From: Camelus ferus
Lineage: Eukaryota
Assembly (NCBI RefSeq): GCF_009834535.1
Contig: NC_045696.1
Location: 21,454,001 to 21,518,000 of the forward strand
Reading direction: 5' to 3'
Length of the DNA: 64,000 nucleotides
Shown piece after piece: positions 13,400 through 27,569 of this stretch. Numbering within the stretch: the first letter of the stretch is position 1; each line of letters begins with the position of its first letter. Below the pieces are notes generated by a model. The model was not told where the DNA came from and ran no database searches. It worked only from the letters and a program-made list of their open reading frames with translations. The position numbers and the translations under genes are program-made.

Positions 13400-14720
13400 G
13401 TTTAAAATGTTTTTTTTCCAAATATCTTAGAGTATAAACCATGCATTGACCAAGACCACAGTGTTTGAGAAAATGGCAAAAAATATTCAGAATGTTGGTG
13501 TGTGCTGGTTGCTTTTGGCTACTGTTAGGAAAGCCCTAAGGAGAGAGAATTTTGATCTAAAACAGAGACAGGTTGGAACACAAGAACTTTGATAAGTAAA
13601 ACATTCTGAGTTGTCTGAACATCCTATATCCGGAGACTACATAGCAATACCAAAGAAGTTATGAGCCCCAAGGCTGATAGTCTTAGCAGGAGATAAAACT
13701 TAAGCTTTATGAGAGTCAGGAGCCTGTTGAGAGAAATTGGATTAAGGTGCTGTCCTTCACTCCAGGCCCAAGGTTTTCCATGGCTTCAAAAGCGAGACAG
13801 ACATAGGAAGTAAGGTGACAAGCCATCCCATCTTGCCCAGGGCAGAGGAATATCCTGGGAGGCAAGCTTCTCATTTTAAAATCAGTCCAGCCTTGGAAAA
13901 TGAGAGAGAACTAAAAATCCTGTGGGTAGAGCCAAAACAACCCATAATTAATTAATTACTAGTCTTCAAGTTTAAAAAGTAAGCCTAGACTAGATTGTTT
14001 ATAGTGATTACTGAAAGTGGAATTGACAGAAGCAAGTGGTCTGATGCCAAAGAACACTTTGCAACTCCTGGATTCATAGCACCATTCAGCACCTCATTTC
14101 ACTTTGCAGAGGACCATGGACTAGGAGAGACATAGTCCCGACGGCAAAGCCAGGGGCCACTGAGGACCATGAACAAAGGCCCCTTATTCCAAAGAGAAGA
14201 ACTCAAGGTACCCAGGTAGTCTAACCGAAGGACTCATTCCCTTTCCTGCCCATCAAAATTTGTTTTTTTTAGGTCACAATTTTTAAGGACTACCATTTCA
14301 TATACCCACTGTTTCTGAATTTAAATTTTAAATATTTTATCACTGTTATTCTGTTCCTACTCCACTATTGTATATTTCAATATGGTGTATTGTGTGTACT
14401 GGGAAGTGGGTTATACAAAATGTACTTTTTTTATTAGTCAGCAAACCACGAATAGCTATATTCAGACATGATGGAGAAGGTGGTGCCTCATTCCCTGAAT
14501 CCTAGGTGATGCACTGGATGAAGCAGCGGATGGACAACTGCATTGCTTACCCTGGGGAGGAGGTAAATGTATATGTGGAAAGGCAGGTGTGCACAGACAT
14601 TTCAGTGGCGAGAGGGTAACTAACTACAACAGAGACAGTCTCTTGGTGTCACTGTCTGTGCTTCTTTTCTTCCATAGTAATAGAATCTTAAGCTGTGTCC
14701 TTGTCTCTGGGCTACAGTCA
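13400..14720 (+). mobile_element. MaLR internal region followed by an old MLT1 LTR start
   Basis: The MLT-int-like block GTGTGCTGGTTGCTTTTGGCTACTG is present. A polypurine junction AGTGGCGAGAGGG precedes an MLT1J-like TTCTTCCATAGTAATAGAATC. Confidence 0.55.
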
Positions 14721-14916
14721 AGGTGCTGTGTGCCACAAGCCAACAGATTCGTTGATGATGCTCTAATCCCTGGATTGTGGCTGAAGTTGTATAATTCTGA
14801 AATCAGAGTTGGCAAAGCATATCCCTGATACCCTAGCTCCCTGGGTGTGACAAGTAAAAGTTCTCTTGGCAGACCAGCTGTGAGTCATTTTTTTTGAAGA
14901 ATCAACTTCCCCAGAC

Positions 14917-15228
14917 CCACTGTCCAGTTTAATGTCAAGAGCTGCATGTGAACGCTGAGCACTTGAAATGTGGGTGTTCCAAAGTGAGATGTACTGTAAA
15001 TGTGAAATACACAACAGATTTCAAGGCCAGAACAAAGAATGTAAAATACATCATTCATATTTTTATACTGATTACGTGTTGAAATAAGTATTTTTGATAT
15101 ATTAGGTTAAATTAAATATATTATTAAAGAAACTAATGTTACCTGATTCTTCTTATGTCTTAATATGGCTAACAGACAACTTAAAATTCTATATGTGGTA
15201 CAAATTTAATTTCTAGTGGATAGCGCTG
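14917..15228. mobile_element. MER33-like hAT-Charlie element
   Basis: TGAGCACTTGAAATGTGG...GTAAATGTGAAATACAC...TTTCTAGTGGATAGCGCTG. An 8-bp near-TSD CCCCAGAC (14909-14916) / CCCTAGAC (15229-15236) flanks it. Confidence 0.85.
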
Positions 15229-16580
15229 CCCTAGACCATCTAAAGACTTTTTTTTCAGGGCACAATCTCTTATTAAATTCTAAAGTTTCATTCCTTGCAA
15301 TTGATAGCCTTCCTCATGCTATCTTAGGAAGGAGAAAATAAAAATACTCATCTCACTTAAAATCTGAAAATCTTTTTTTTTAAATGTCTTCAAGGAATAG
15401 GACGTGAGAAAAAAACTCATTTCCAGTTTGAAAAAAATTCTTAAAATATTATGACAGTCATATCTCATGCCTAAAATGTAAATAAAATGCATCCATAGAT
15501 GTAAAGTTACAGTACACAGATGTTCAACATGTACGTGACTTCTGAAACCTCCTGATGGGCTAAATAAATTACATAAATTAGTGCTGTTAATTATTCTCCA
15601 AAGGGCAATGTCAAAATGATAGATGGATAGTTCAAGCTATTGAATGTTCTTTGTCAAGCATAAAAGAATGAATTTGATCAATACAATCACTGTGATTTTT
15701 TGATGTACTCAATGTTTTCATCAATATTTTTCTCTGGGATTTTCCTTCTCTCTTAGTTTCTGTCTTATGATAATCATTAAAGTAAATAGCTCACCATATT
15801 CTGCTAGTTGTTAAACCAGATTTTTTTTGATAATCCTCATTTAAAAAAGGAATAAAAATATCACTAATTAGCATCATATTTATTCTGGCATCATTATCTA
15901 TAGCTTTTGTTTCTATCTATGCTTCTTTGTCTTTTAAGCATAGGAAATCACAAATTAAATATTTAATGTAACAATAACAACGTAACAAATACATCTTAAC
16001 CCTTGCTTCTTATGTACTTGTTAAGGAAATTTTTCAATCACTACTTCCTGAATACATTGCCTATCTTTTTATGGAAGGTAACTATGATCTTTGCTGGAAA
16101 AAAACAATCATGATACTAATGAATTAATGGATGACAAGTGAAAAAAGGCATCACCAGGTCTCTGACTGGCTGGGGGAGGATGAGTGCCCTAAGGGACATC
16201 AAAGGAAGCAAAAATGGACACATTTTCCTCATAGCTGTTGTATAAACCCAGGTTTCTTAAACTAAGAAAGTATAGTCCAGAAGTTAAAACCACCATGCGA
16301 CATACTAAAGAGGTAGTGATTGAGTCCAGAAGCTACAGTGGCAACGTTGAGTGATCTATCTAGATGAAAAATTAATTCCCAAAACATTTAACCATCAGAG
16401 AAACAGCAAGAGAGATGATTGGCAACATGCCATGAGATATTCTTGACTAGTAATTGGATTACAGCATTGTCTTTGCATTAAATCACTGAAGTTTTTTTCG
16501 GGGGAGAAAGGGGTGGTGTGATATATTGCACTAGATGGTTGAAGAAACTTGAGTACACTAGACAAGCTTTTACTAAGAAA

Positions 16581-18076
16581 TGTGAAAAGGAAAAAAACTC
16601 CCTATTTTTTTCTTATTTACTGTTCACACTACTCACAGAACACTTCATTTCTAACACCTCTGTGACTTTGTTTATTTTCTCACATATCAAGCCATTCTTT
16701 GACTCCAGTTGGGTGTCCTACAATAGAATTTCGTTCTAACACTGTCTGCATGGGGTTGGCATCAGATCCCGTGGGTTAAAGGCAAATCCCCACAAGACTA
16801 CCTACCTCACCACACTCACAGTTACTGGCGAGAAGCTTCTTATCTCATCAGAGAGCATTCAGATATGAGACCTGGAGGTCAAGAAAGCAAAGGAAGGATT
16901 TATTTCTAGGTTGATTGTATGCTTTTGAGGGGAGAGAGGGCAGACTCTGGTGAGCAGCTCTGATGAGTTTCTTTGGCAAGCTTTTATGGGGTATAAAAAT
17001 GAATGGGTAGAATATTCATTGGGGAGGGAGGAGCTTGGGGTTGTGCTTCCTGATTTTTATTCCAGCTCCACTTTCCCAAGAGGAGGAGTCTTCATCAGAA
17101 GTGTCATGGTGCTGCTGCCTGATGGGTACTTCTGATCTGAAAGTCTAATTTCATTGTAATGGGGGCATAATGAGCAAAAGTCACATTTTGATGCTGGGGA
17201 TTCTTGCCCCATCCACATTTCTTTATCTGCCTCTAGGACACTTGTCAACACAAAATCTTTGGTTTCTTACCATGCTGGAGGTTCCTGCTTTTCTTTGTCT
17301 ACCCAAGGACACTTGTTGATTGCAAGATGTATGGTTTCCTGCCATTTGGATCGTGCTCCCCAACCTTCTCTGCTCACATCTAGCTATCTGCTTGCTCTAA
17401 TGATACACACATACTTCAGATGCTAATCTTGTGAATGTGATTGCCTGGGTTGTTACCTGTGTTTCTGAAGACTGGATATAAATGAAAGGTTACCCGGACC
17501 TCCTCATTGTGTTTCAGTAATTTACTAGAGCTTCTCACAGAACTCAGGAAAACAGTTTACTTACTAGGTTACCACTTGTTACAAAAGGATATAACTCAGG
17601 AAGAGTAGGATGGAGAAGATGCACAATGGGAGAGGCTCAGAGCTTCCCAGTCCTCTCCAGGCACACCACCCTCCCAGCACCTCCATGTGTTCACCAACCT
17701 GGAAGCTCTCTGAACAATGGAGGCTTTATTATGTAGGTGTATTTAATGAAATCACTGGTCAGTGGTGATTAAGTCAACCCCCAGCTTCTGTCCCCTCCCT
17801 GGAGGTCAGATGTTGGGGGGTGAGGGGAGTAAGGCTGCAAGTTTTAAACCTCAAGTCACATGTTTGGTTCTTGTCACAGAGTCCCCATAGAGAATTTCAA
17901 TGTCACCTCATTAACATAAACTCAGGTGTGGTCAAAGAGGGCTTGCTATGAATAACAAAAGACATCTTTATCTCTCTGATCCTTTAAGAAATTCCAGGGG
18001 TCTTGGGAGCCCTGGGACAGGGACCACTGGACTAAGGCCAAATATACAGTATATTATTATAAATCACAATATCACA
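16581..18076 (-). mobile_element. MER21-like LTR, split by a nested LTR at ~16821-17402
   Basis: The minus strand starts TGTGATATTGTGATTTATAAT (MER21 5' end). MER21-typical blocks (GGGTGTCCTAC...CAGATCCC...CCCACAAGACT / CACTTCAGATGC...CTCACAGAACTCAGG) continue collinearly across the insertion. Confidence 0.85.
16821..17402 (-). mobile_element. ERV1-class solo LTR (MER50/MER41-like 5' end) nested in MER21
   Basis: The minus strand begins TTAGAGCAAGCAGATAGCTAGATGTGAGCAG and has AATAAA near its 3' end (TTTATT at ~16899). It interrupts MER21 homology cleanly. Confidence 0.72.
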
Positions 18077-19169
18077 GTCTGCCGGAGATACAAGAATGAA
18101 GAAGGCAGGAAAAGAAGAGAGGCAGAAAGCTGTCGGAGGACTAGCTGGGGAGAGGAACTATAGCAGAGCTAACAATTTCTTGTTGTATGAATAGTGCACA
18201 GGAGAAAGAAAAATAGACAGTTAAGAACACTTTAAAAAGTAAGAGAACATTTTCTCTATTATTACTGCAGTTTTCACATAAGTCTTTTAAAAATATACCA
18301 ATTTATTCATTCAAATCATGTTTATTAATCATCCATCATTGACATCAACCCCCCACACACACATTTATCTTAATATTCTGGAAAATAAAATAATTTTGAG
18401 AAACCTCTTACCCTCTAGGATTCTCTCCTTTTATTGACTTACAGTCAAAGAAACTGGCATTTGTGCTCAGGTTGTTATTCATTTCCTTCGAGTAATTATT
18501 CATTTTCATCTCCCTGTTAGTTTCATTTAACATCATGCAGCATTTGCCTTCTTGCAGCCATTTTAAAATACACAGAATTGCACTAAATTGGGTCATGCCT
18601 CATGATACTAATGGGACTGACAGTCCTTACACACCTCTGACCGGTGCTTGATTGTTCCCACCCAGCCCGTTGGTGCTAAGTTAACACTAACTCTACTTAG
18701 GCTAACTTCCTGGATACTGTCAAGTTTTGTTTAGCTTGACAACGAACTAAACATGTGAAGGCATCTAAGGCATCTACTATTTATTACTTTTTGAGTTAGA
18801 TCTTTCCTTCTTTCCATCCTTCCTTCCTTCCTTCCATTCTTCTCTCCTTCCTTCCTCCTTGCTATCTTTTAGAGGTTTTTTCCCATTTAGTTAGTTGATA
18901 AAACCAATGTAGGTTTTTAATGATAAAAGGAATCATAAATGGTTTGTTAATAAACAGATATAGTCCACTGATTGACAGTTTATTCAGATAATGATCAATA
19001 TGTTTCTAATTTGAAGTAGTTTTTCACATAAAGTGCTAGATTTAAAGATCATCATCAGAGAGTTTTTTTTTAATTTCCTTTTGAAATCTCATGCTTGTTA
19101 ATATTATGTTGAATTTTGTACAATATCTGCTGAAACTCTCCCTCCTCTCTCTCATATATATACTTTCAA

Positions 19170-19170
<1 letters not shown>

Positions 19171-19201
<31 letters not shown>

Positions 19202-19210
19202 CACACACAC
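19171..19210. repeat. (CA)n microsatellite, interrupted
   Basis: Seen directly. Confidence 0.95.
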
Positions 19211-20384
19211 CTCCTTTACAGCCTTCAGAAATTTCTGCTCCATTCTCTGCGTACTGAAAAACTGCATGAATTATGAACTCACTTTTTGAAGACTGTATTT
19301 TTTTCCTTTGGGCACCTACTGTGGGGAAAAATATTTTCAAGATGACTTTTTTCTTTTTAGAATTAAAGTCTAAGATTGCTGACAAAATGTGAGAGATTTT
19401 AAAGTCATTTTTAGACATACTAATCTCAACTCTTTTTATGTGAAATTACAGTAGAAGTGAATCTATTTGACTATTTGAAAGAATATTTCCATGAAATATT
19501 ATATGCCTCTTTAGAGAAATAGAAACATTCTTCTGCCCTGTTTGAGTTTTTAGAGTATATTCTCTATGGCCCAGTTGATTTCTCAAGATTCTTTCTCTTT
19601 TAGAAGGATATGTCAGCTCTCAAGTGTCCATGAGTTCTTTTCATCTGATGTGGCCCCTTTAAAACCCGCAAGCATGTTTGGGTTATCAGGTCTATTTTAA
19701 AATGCTGCCATTCACCTGTTCAATTTAATACCTGCCTGGGAGGGGCTGCCATATTGACTAAGGGCTATGCCACGATGCAGCCTCAGAAATGAGAAAAGAA
19801 AGGCAGGCAGGCCTAGGCTAAGTGTACCATTAACCCCACCTAAGACTATGGTGTATCAATAGTGCATCAGACCTAATCATGTTTTATACAGCTAGTCAAC
19901 CACAGGGAAGAATAATCAGAGAGATTTATTCACAAAGAACAACACATTCAGTCTTCCAAGCGTTTGCTGTTCTCTTCCTTGAAAATGATGTGTAGTGATT
20001 AGTTTTCATCTGAACAGGCATTTTCTTTCTTAAAAATTAAAACACATCCTACTCTAAAGACTGGAAATCAAGAAGAAGGAGGTAGCTTTTACTGTGTACA
20101 ATGCTTAAAAGATCCTTGTTAAACAGAAGATAAATGGACTAAGGCCATTCTTGCTGGCAGATAATATTTTTGTGTTATATATTGATGGAAGAGGAATGAA
20201 AATATGGTCCCTTCCCAATGTTCTATTGAATGGACCTATTTTGTACTCATTAGTACCAAGTTCAGTCTCAGGGCAGTAAACCTTGCTTTTAATTTACAGT
20301 CAGCTCAGTAAACAACCACTGCTCTCCTGTTTATATTAGGGACTCATTTAAGTTCCTTAAAAATAGTTACATAATTAAGGATTA

Positions 20385-20505
20385 AGAAAAAGAAAACAAA
20401 ACAAGGGAGAGAAGAAGGGAGGAGGGAAGGAAGGGAGGAAGAAGGAAATGAAGGAAGAAGGGAAAGAAAGAAGGAGGGAAAGAAGCAAAAGGGAACGAAG
20501 GAAAT
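20385..20505. repeat. Polypurine (GGAA/GAAG) low-complexity tract
   Basis: Almost pure A/G run. Confidence 0.9.
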
Positions 20506-21879
20506 TTGTCCTTGGAGACCATGAGGTTCAGGAGAGAGATCATGGTATCTTCCTCTCAGGTCTGAATGATTTATCCACTGTCATTGGGAGGACAATCTAA
20601 GAAAAGCCATTTTCTTTTGTGTCACCTTCTATTATAGAGGGAATTTGCAGAAATAATACTTATGTCAAGAGCTTGATGTGAAGAAAACACATAAAAAAGG
20701 ATTATATATATAGAAATGGCTTATAAATTGCTGTGCGGCACATCTCAACCACTGCTTCTAGAAAATACAGGTATCCTGTGAGCCCAAGTGAGTTGTTACC
20801 TCACTAAAATATTTCCTCAATTCCCAAATATAATCAATGAATATAATGGTTTCCCTTTTGAGCTTTTTAAGTCATTTTTTCCTACACTGTTGCCAAAAAC
20901 TAATAGAATTCTTTGAAACTGATAGACCTAGAGAACACTGCAACCCTTTCTTGTTACAAATGAATAGAAATTACAGAAATGATATAGGAAACCGTTAAGC
21001 ACAACGTTGGTTTCTTATGATTTATGGGCCTGAACTGGTGCAGGAATCCTCCACCTGCTTCAGGCACACACATGCACACACACACACCCCCACGCAGAGA
21101 AAAACACACAGGTGTGCACGCACATTTTCATATAAGGATAAAGTTAAACTTGTAACTAGCAAAGGAAACATCTCAATGCAAGAAACAGAATGAATTCAAA
21201 ATCATAAACACCAAGAAGTGCTGAAGTCTAAGGACTCATAAGGGAAGCAGAGATGCATGCACGAGTTTATGATTAAAACCCTGGAGCATGCAGATTCAAG
21301 CCTGTAGGGAAGAACTTGTTGTCTAGTGCTTAGAACAATGGAACAAAGCTACCCCAGCTAGCAGACTGGTCTCTAGGGACCCAGAAAACAAAACAAAACG
21401 AAACAGAACAAAACTCTTCAGATAAGTTTAGGAAAGCAGCAAGAATATTTGTGATAAATTCTCGAAAGATGGAAATCAGCGGATAAATATGTTGCAAGAA
21501 TTAGGAAATATCTTCGTGAGTTGTCCATGGGTATGAGATCAGAACTCATGAAACCCCAGTAATATACTGGAATTATAATACATGTGGAATTTATTTGTGA
21601 TTATGATGCAACTCAGTGGCTCAAATTTTTTTCTGCATATTTAGTCACTTAAGCATCTATTTTTTTTTTTAATAAGGTGTCTTTTCTAAACAGAATGGAA
21701 ATAGTCATACTTCAATATATTAAATTCCCTTTTTCCTCAAGTATACTGAAAACTTTTCCTGAGGTCTTAACTTAACCTGTCTTCCACCTCTTTGTATAAT
21801 TCTGTTCTACTCACTGCACTGATTACAGAAACTTTATAATGCATTCTGGTATCTGCAAATTATTTCTCAGCTTGTTCAT

Positions 21880-23930
21880 TTGCTGACCTCTCTTTATTAA
21901 ACATTATTCTTTGTCTAATTCTAGGACATATTTTAGAAATAAAAATAATATTTTTATTGGAATTACATTTAAATTATAAATTTATTTGTTGGAGAATTGC
22001 ATTTTTATTACATTAATTCTTTCTATCCAAGAACAAGGGATGTCTTTCCATTTGTTCAAGTTATCCTTTGGGTTCTTTACTTTCAAAACATTTCCTAATA
22101 TTTATAGTTTTGTGAACTGTAAACTTTTCCCATATCCAATTCTCAGTGCTTCTTTTTACTTACATAGAGACAAGCTATTGACTTTTCTACGTCTGTTTAA
22201 AGACATGTTAGTAAGTTTCATTACTAATTCTAGACTGTCTTAGATGTTCTATGAATATAATTACATGATGAACATGAGATAATTTCATTCCTTTTTGTAT
22301 TACAAAGTATAGAAAACCATGTTTTATTTTTATCCTCATCTTCTATGTCCTCTGGAAAAAATGTAAAATAACTAAGCTGACATCAAGCAAAAGAATTCAT
22401 CTTTAGGATTTTCTGAAAATAGTTCTAAGGGTCTGCCATTTAGAATAAAAACTCCTATTGGTTTTGTCAAATTACATATACGTATTTAAAGTTTCCTTTT
22501 ATTTATAATTTTTATTTTTAAAAATTCCCAACTTTAATCAAATATCTTTACCATCAATTAATGTGATCATTTGATCTTCCACTTTATTTTATATGTTATA
22601 TTAATAAATATACTGTTATAAAATCAGCCTCAGATTACTAGAATAATCTCTGCCTCGTGAAGTGAACAGTTTTAAAATGTTGAATGACTGTTAGATTCTA
22701 CTAGACAATGATACATTTCTAGATATCTTATATATAAAGAGATTTATTATAAGAAATTGTCTCATGCAGCTATGAGGGCTGAGAAGTCCATTCTCTGCCA
22801 TGCAGACAGGCAAGCTGCAGATTTGGAGGTGATGATGCAGATGGAGTCTGAAGGTGATCTCCTGAAGAATTTTCTCTTATTCTATTCAGGCTAGTTTATT
22901 TGTTCTATTCAGGCTTTTAACTGACTGAATGAAGCCCACCCACAATGAAGGGCCAATCTGTTGACTCAAAATCCACTGATTTAAATTTTAATTTCATCCA
23001 AAATACCCTCCAAATTGACACACAGGAAGTTAACTATCGTGGTGAATAACATTGTTTAATTATTTTTCTAATGTTTGCTCTTTGTGTATAAGATTGTAAT
23101 GTACCCAGCAAATTTGCTGAATTTTCTAAATAGCTCTAGGTCTTTTCAGATTCTCTTGGACCTTTTTTATGAAGACAAGCATAATTCTACAGAAGTAAGA
23201 ACACTTTTAAAAAATTTTGTATTTTTGTCTCTTTCTGGGAAGATGGATAGCACTTCCGCATAATTTTGAATAAAATATATGATAATGATAATCTAAACTT
23301 TTATTTTACTATTAGGTTTGCTGTGCAGTAAAATTCTCATTCTGTTTAATGTTGTATATGCATCCATGTATGCACAATATATATGGGTATATGCCCAATA
23401 TATATATTACAAATTCAAACTTCAAAGGGGCAAGTATAATACTAAAAAGTGTTTTTCCTAATCATTCAAGAGTAAATTACTGATCTGATGTCCCATTATC
23501 CCTGATATAGCACTACTATATCCTCCTATATAACCACAATATAACTATCAAAATCAGGAAATTAATAATGACACTGTTTTATCATCTGACCCTCAAATTC
23601 CATTCAAGTGTTGACAATTATCTCAATGATTCCTTTTATAGAAAAGTAATTGAGTTGTGAATCATGTCTTGAACTTTCTGGAACAGAGTTTTAGTCTTAA
23701 TTTTCATGACCTTGATACTTTGAAGCGTACAGCCAAATATCTTGTAGAGTACACTTTAATTTGAGTTGTCTGATGTTTTCTCATAATTAGATTCAGGTTA
23801 CGTATCTTCGGCAGGAATACAGTGAGGCTGTCTTTTTATTTTTGTTTTCTATTACATTACACAGCTTTGTTCCATTGCTGATGATCAGTGTGATTGCTTG
23901 ATTAAAATGATGTCTCCTCCACTTATTCCA
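21880..23930 (-). mobile_element. Mosaic of old L1 fragments (ORF2 remnant plus L1MC-type 3' UTR), interrupted by MLT2
   Basis: ORF2-derived TTCTATCCAAGAACAAGGGATGTCTTTCCATTTGTT and L1MC-like TTGTCTGATGTTTTCTCATAATTAGATTCAGGTTA. Confidence 0.7.
22690..23041 (-). mobile_element. MLT2 (ERV-L LTR) fragment inserted within old L1
   Basis: GAGATTTATTATAAGAAATTGTCTCATGC...GGCTGAGAAGTCC...GCCCACCCACAAT...TTGACACACAGGAAGTTAACTATC. Confidence 0.82.
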
Positions 23931-24659
23931 GTTAGATTCCAATATTCACACTAACTGCATCCCTTATTCTGTTCAGATTCTGAAAACCCCCTTGGGAACA
24001 GCCAGCCATGTACACACATACCACCCTTTCTCCTCTGCTTAGACTTGGTCACGCACTCCAGGCCTCCCAGTGTCTACTTTCCTTATCCTGCTTAGGTTCT
24101 CAAACTGTATACCAGATCACCCATCTGAGTTTAATGTCTTCTTCACCCTGCAGGCTTTGACAGTCCACGAGGAGCCTTCCCACACATTAGGGGCTCTTTT
24201 TATCCTGATTTGTCTCTGACATCCCAGGACAGATGCCAGCCATCATTCGATGCCTGCTTCATCCCATGCCAGGTGAATCTTCCTGTGAATGTCTTGCTCT
24301 CCAAGCTTCTGCTCCAGTGCCCCAAGCAGGAATGCCATTCCTTAGGGCCACCTTCCAGCTCTGCTACACCTAAACCCTGTAGAACTGAATTGATCAGGAA
24401 AACAAAGAAGAGCTGGATTATACTTTTTTACACAATATTAGTGTCTCTGTTTTAATCTTTACATTTAACATATTTATAACTATGGGAATTACAGACATGT
24501 CTGGAATTAATTCTATTATGTTTTTTTCATTTACTATAAATTTTCGCTACTATTTTATCCCTTATTTTCTTCTTCATGTTATACTAATCAATTTGTTTTC
24601 TTTTTCCCAAAGTTCTTTCTGAGTTTGAAAACTCATATATACTGTTTTATCATTATAAT

Positions 24660-24950
24660 TTTTAAAAAATGAGATAAAATTTACAAATATTGAAATAAAC
24701 AGATTTTAAGATTATAAGCTAATGAGTTTTGATAAATAGACACATCATGTTACCAAAGTTCCAATCAAGATGTAAAACAAACACTTTAGTCACCCCCCGA
24801 GTTCCATCACACCCTCTTTCAGTCAGTCCCACTATCCATAGGCAATCATTGTTCAGATCAGATTTGTAGCCTCATAAAATAATTCTTCTTTCCCTTAAAC
24901 TTAATTTAAATTGCAATCAACAGTTTGGACTGTTTGGGGTCCGACTTCTT
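24660..24950 (-). mobile_element. Old L1 3' end (L1ME/L1MB-like)
   Basis: TGAGATAAAATTTACA...ATGAGTTTTGATAAAT...CCAATCAAGATG...AGGCAATCATTGTTC. Confidence 0.7.
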
Positions 24951-25099
24951 TTCTTTCTTTTGCTGATCGTGGCTGGCAATGAAAACGTATCTGCAAATTG
25001 GGTGATCTTCCCTGGCCTTTGCTAGGCTTGCTTAAACAGAGTGACTGCCCCACCTTTCTCTCATCCTCCTACTGTAAACACTGGGATAACCTCAGTGAG

Positions 25100-25335
25100 C
25101 TCTTGTGTCAAAGGCACAAGAAGGCATAAGGGGAAAAATAAGATCTCTCTTTTATACAATAGTCAAAGCTGGCATTTAGTCCTTTCTTTGGCCTTGTTTT
25201 ATTAGCCAAGGCAGGCCAAAATTGAGCACCTGAAGTCAAGGAATGTGACGTATATATCACATCTATAGTTGGAAGAACAACAGTCACATAGCAAAGAATA
25301 TGGGCCAATAATGAAACGTGCCAGCTTCTACCATC
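25100..25335 (-). mobile_element. Old MLT1 (J/K-like) fragment
   Basis: TTATTAGCCAAGGCAGGCCA...AGTCACATAGCAAAG...AATAATG...CTACCA pattern. Confidence 0.45.
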
Positions 25336-25607
25336 TTGGTCATGTATGGCTCTTTCCCACTTGTAAAATATAACCACCCCCCTCCCAGAATACCCAGAGT
25401 TTAGTTTAATCATTATATCAAACTTTTGATCCAGAAGTATATAAAATGAAGGCAAGTGGCCTGCTTCTTCTATTGCCAACACACAACAGAGGAATAAGAA
25501 CAGAAGTGCAATAAATAATCGTACTTGGAAAGAAGAATGGAAAGCATGTAGCAGCCCAAAGTATTGCTGAAATCTTTCTGGGACAGTCTTACTTATCTAC
25601 CCTATGC

Positions 25608-25819
25608 GGGTGGTTCTCAGCTGAGGATGACTTCTTGGAGGATGACTGACAATGACTGGAGACATTTTTGGCTGTCCAGAATGAGAAGTGTGTGTTCCAG
25701 ATACACAGTGTGTGGAAGATAGGGATGTGGCTAAACACCCTATAGTGAGTAGAACAGCTGCCCTGAATAAAAAGTCAGCCACCCTGACATCTCATTAGTG
25801 CTGAGAGTGAGAAATCCTG
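25608..25819 (+). mobile_element. MER20 (hAT-Charlie)
   Basis: GTGGTTCTCA...CAATGACTGGAGACATTTTTGGCTGTC...GGGATGTGGCTAAACACCCTA...TAGTGCTGAGAGTGAGAAATCCTG. Confidence 0.88.
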
Positions 25820-27569
25820 CCCTAGTCTAAGGGCAGGGGATGGTTCTTCATTAAGCCTGTGCTCTTGTACCTAAACTTGACATCCCAGTCCATTGTTCTT
25901 GGCTCTTGGTTCTGGCCCCTCATGTGTATTTCCATTTCTCTCACCCTCTGGCCATTTTTAAAGAGGCATTGGAAACTGTACCCTTCAAATCTCTCAGGCT
26001 ACTTCTTAACGTAGAAAACAGGAGTCTAGAGGTCATTTTGTATTCTGACTGGGCTGAGTTTCTTCCATGCGAGGCTGGCAGTACTTCTAACAATACAGGT
26101 AATGTCAATATTCTAATATCAATGTTATATATTAAGTTCAATACACTCCATGTGCCAAAGGCCAAACTTACCAGGCTTAATATTCTTAAATATATGAAAG
26201 GTATAATTTGCTATCCTAATTAGCAGTATTTACATAATATAGATGTCTTTTAAATCAAATAAAAATGTTTGGAAAGGAATCATATATATACACTATATAT
26301 GGTATAATATATATCAAGTATCATGTATCTATCATATACATATATACATGTCTTATAAGAGTACCCTTCTGGAAAAGCATTAGTGTGTTAAAAAAGATCC
26401 CTTGTATTTTTAAAACTTGTAAAATTTTAATTAAAAAAACTCATATAATATAATCATCTGTTTGGGTTAAAAGAGACTGCAAAAAGGTCAGTGTACACGT
26501 TATCATCTCCTAGTGGGAGAGGAGTCAATACTTTCAGGGGGTGGACTTTATCCCATCTGACAGGGAAAGATAGTAGAGGGTATTGATTAGAAGAAGAGCT
26601 TGAGGGAGTGACATTTACAGTACAATAGATTAAGTTTAATGAAAGGGCTTCCCACCTATCAATAAAAGGCTTAACCTCATCCCCAAATTAGTTAGCCATT
26701 ATTGGGCAAAATAATTTAAAGTAGATTAAGTGATTTATTGACTACACATAAATGTCTGGAAGAAGATAAACATTAGTTTCCTCCTGATGCAGAATTGTTT
26801 TTGGGATCTTGAACACATTTCTCTGGGTTTTTACCTTTTGTACACCATAAGGTTAAACAAACAAACAAACAAAAACTGAAATAAAATTTATTGTTAAATT
26901 AAAACTGAATTTTAATTTTAGGATAGAATACATCACAAACTATATATCCATTCCTTAGATATGATTTTAAAATTGTCCCACAGGGTTTGTGATATATTTT
27001 GTTGGAAAATTTGACACAATAAATATATTTCAGAAAAATATTTTGAATATTGGGATATAAGAAAATACCTAGTAAGGTCATTGTTCCTCTGTAACCATGG
27101 TAGTTGCAAAGAATTCAAGTCCAGTCTTTCTAGGCTTATACATTCTCGAGAGTAAAGAAAATTGGTAAAGCCAATCACTAAAATAATTTTAAACTGAGAT
27201 AAGGATAGATAAAAGTGAGATACAACTGGAGCAAAGGCATTCAAACTTTTATAAAAATTATTATGCAAACATAATAAGTTTCATTTCTCCTTATACCCAG
27301 CATATAATTTCTCCCAGCATACAAAGTTTACAGTAATTCAGAGTACATTTTTTCAAGACCAATTCCTTACTTCTCATCCTTTTAAGAATCTCTGACTCTT
27401 CCTAAGGCTTTAAAATAAGAACAGTATCAATCTTGTTCTCTCTCTCTCTTTTTTTTTTTTTTTTTTCTTCAATTAGGAGGAATTGACCTGAATTCATAGA
27501 ATAGAAGCCTGGGCTCTGGAAACAAAATCTACAACTCTAGGTCCTCACTATCTCATTTCCTTTGCTAAC

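Noticed and set aside
25108..25482. 124-aa minus-strand ORF
   Set aside because: It has a non-ATG start, overlaps an old MLT1-like fragment and shows no recognisable homology.
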